Shown piece by piece: positions 61,923 through 64,000 of a stretch of 64,000 bases of DNA. The notes under the pieces are model-generated. The model saw nothing but the letters and a program-made list of their open reading frames with translations, had not been told where the DNA came from and did not search any database. Origin of the DNA: Eledone cirrhosa. Its lineage: Eukaryota. Made by a program: the position numbers and the translations under genes. Where the stretch lies: contig OZ024744.1 in assembly GCA_964016885.1 (NCBI GenBank), forward strand, positions 60,140,001 to 60,204,000, in the 5' to 3' direction. Every line of letters begins with the position of its first letter. The stretch's first letter is position 1.

Positions 61923-64000
61923 TGTAGTAAGACACCTCACGCCCCTTGATAGAACAACGCCGGTTGAGAACGCGAGAAAGAAAAGACAGACAGCCACTGG
62001 AAAGCCGACTGATCACATGCAAGAAACCAGCCTCTGTACCACACCATTGTTTGTGCTACATCAAAAATAAACGTATATTTCCTCTCTAATTTCTGCTGTT
62101 GAAATCATTATTATGTCACTCGTATCTCAATAACATCTATAACTAATACTGCTAAAGTGGTGACCGACGTAAGAATTTAACGCAGCCCTTCTTTTTCATT
62201 CAGTTGAACTTTTATTGCCACGTTGCCGGCCTTTTTCGCAACTTGCGAAGATACAATATATTCCTTTCAAAGTTTTTTTTGAAAAATTAGTAGTATTTCA
62301 AAAACTTTTTGCTACACTCGACAACAACAACGACAGCAGCAGCAGCGACAACATTGTTTAACCACTGACCAAAACAGGGAATAGTGAGTGGCAGCTTCAT
62401 AGCCTTACCGACGCAAACCACCACACATCGGAAATATCAAAACGATTCATTCGTGTAAATAATTTAAACCAGCCCTTTTTATTCACTTGAATATTTCACT
62501 GCCGTTGCCAACTTTTTCGCAACTTACAAAAAAAAAAAAAAGAAAAAAAAGTATTTTTCCAAGGTGGCGTTGCGTTCCTTCCCAGTTTTGTAATTTTCCG
62601 ACGAACACATTTTTTGAACACATGACTGATCAAGAGAGAAGAGAAGAAATTTTTTTTTTGTGAACATTACTGCCCCGCATGGGAATATACATGCCTTACC
62701 TTTTTCTAAGGGCTTTTTAGCCACTGGCTACCTTTGTTGATATCCAACGTGGATATATTTAAAAAAAACAAACATTTTTTTCTCCTCTTTTTTACCTTAT
62801 TTGATTTGGCTGGTTCGTTGAAGCAATGCGAGGGGACAGACGTTGAAGGAAAATTTTTTTTTTAAAGATATATATATATGTATTTTATGTATTTTTCATA
62901 TTTCCTAATGTTTTGAATGTCTGTTTCTTTTTGCCCTTTAACTTTTTCTCAATATTGGCTGTTCTCTTTTTACTGTACAAGGGTACATTAATTGTTGTTT
63001 AGATATATATGTATATATATTTTTTTTGATTTTAAACGTTAACATGAATGTGCCACATTTGCCCGCCTTTACTGGAAAACCTAAGATGTGGTTTGCCCAG
63101 TTACAGGCGTATTTTACGGTCTGTAAGACCGAATCTGACCAGCGCCTCGCTGTACTGATTAGCGGCCTTCCCCCTAATCTAGCAGATTCGGTCCAAGACC
63201 TAATTACAGACCCCCCTTCTGACTTGACGTATGAGTCTTTGAAGGGCGAGATTTTGAGGAGAAATTGTAAGTCGGTAGAGAGTCGTTTTCGGTCGCTGAT
63301 CGAGGTCGAACGATTAGGTGACAGGACCCCTACCGCTTTTCTCCGGCATTTGCGGGATTTGAGCGATTCCGAAGATCAGGATAGCCCTTTCCTGAAGCAA
63401 TTGTTCTTCTCTCGCCTACCTCAAGAGGTACAGGTGATCCTAGCCCATATGCTAGAGGTGAATACCCTGGATCACATTGCTGTCTCTGCTGACAAAATTG
63501 TAGAGGTGACAAATTAATCACCACAATGGAAGCCATGACTCGTCAAATGGCGGAGTTGTGCAAGGAATTCAGGTCCTTTGGACGGCAGAGGAGCCGCTCA
63601 TGATGTTATTCAACTTCTCGCCACCGTAGCCCTTCCAACACACCAGGAACACCATATTGTTATTACCATGAAAGATATGGTAAAAAAGCCGCCCGTTGTA
63701 GGCCTCCTTGTGCTTACGGGGGAAAAGACGACCAGAGTCACTAACGGCGGATAGTGCGCTCTGCGAAACAACATCTAACCGCCACTTTTTCATTGAGGAC
63801 CTGCTGTCAGGTAGAGCTTTTCTGGTTGACACAGGTGCAGTTTGTTCCGTATGGCCTGTGTGTTGTATGAAGGAGACTCCCCCTGAGACGCCTATTGAGT
63901 TGCAGGCAGTAAATTGTTCGCCGATTCGAACTTTCGGACAAATCTCGTTACCTTTGCAGTTTCGTAATCTGCGGCGCGAGTTTAAATGGATATTTACTGT
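61923..64000 (+). mobile_element. CsRn1-like Gypsy element 3, 5' part (LTR ~61923-62156, PBS ~62158, long leader, gag, protease); runs off the window
   Basis: TGTAGT start, AATAAA, TGGTGACCGACGT tRNA-Trp-like PBS; WFAQLQA, LGDRTPT, CHCC CYYHERYGKKAARCRPPC, FLVDTGA. Confidence 0.88.

Overview
AT-rich, microsatellite-dense animal DNA made almost entirely of nested transposable elements. I found no host protein-coding gene, tRNA or rRNA gene I can support. The SINEs resemble abundant cephalopod (octopus-type) tRNA-derived SINEs; the species assignment is inference only. The window holds two full-length Ty3/Gypsy LTR retrotransposons with TSDs (5518-11252 and 39184-43656), two more CsRn1-like Gypsy pieces, and several Penelope-like (Naiad-type) fragments with type I hammerhead ribozyme motifs. 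It also holds L1/Tx1-like, CRE-like, R4-like and RTE-like non-LTR elements, a decayed Helitron Rep/Hel, Tigger, maT-like mariner and hAT remnants, and one MITE. The most striking observation is in the second Gypsy element, which has no normal TGG-type primer-binding site. The 12 nt directly after its 5' LTR (AGCTATTTCGGC) are the exact reverse complement of the first 12 nt of eukaryotic tRNA-Phe, suggesting priming by a short 5' tRNA fragment. Other leads are a hammerhead variant with a U3-A8 core, a ~0.9-kb retrozyme-like unit, a candidate HDV-like ribozyme in an RTE derivative, and a conserved splice donor at the Tx1 ORF1 stop. All family calls come from motifs recognised by eye; no database search was run, and boundaries of decayed elements are approximate.
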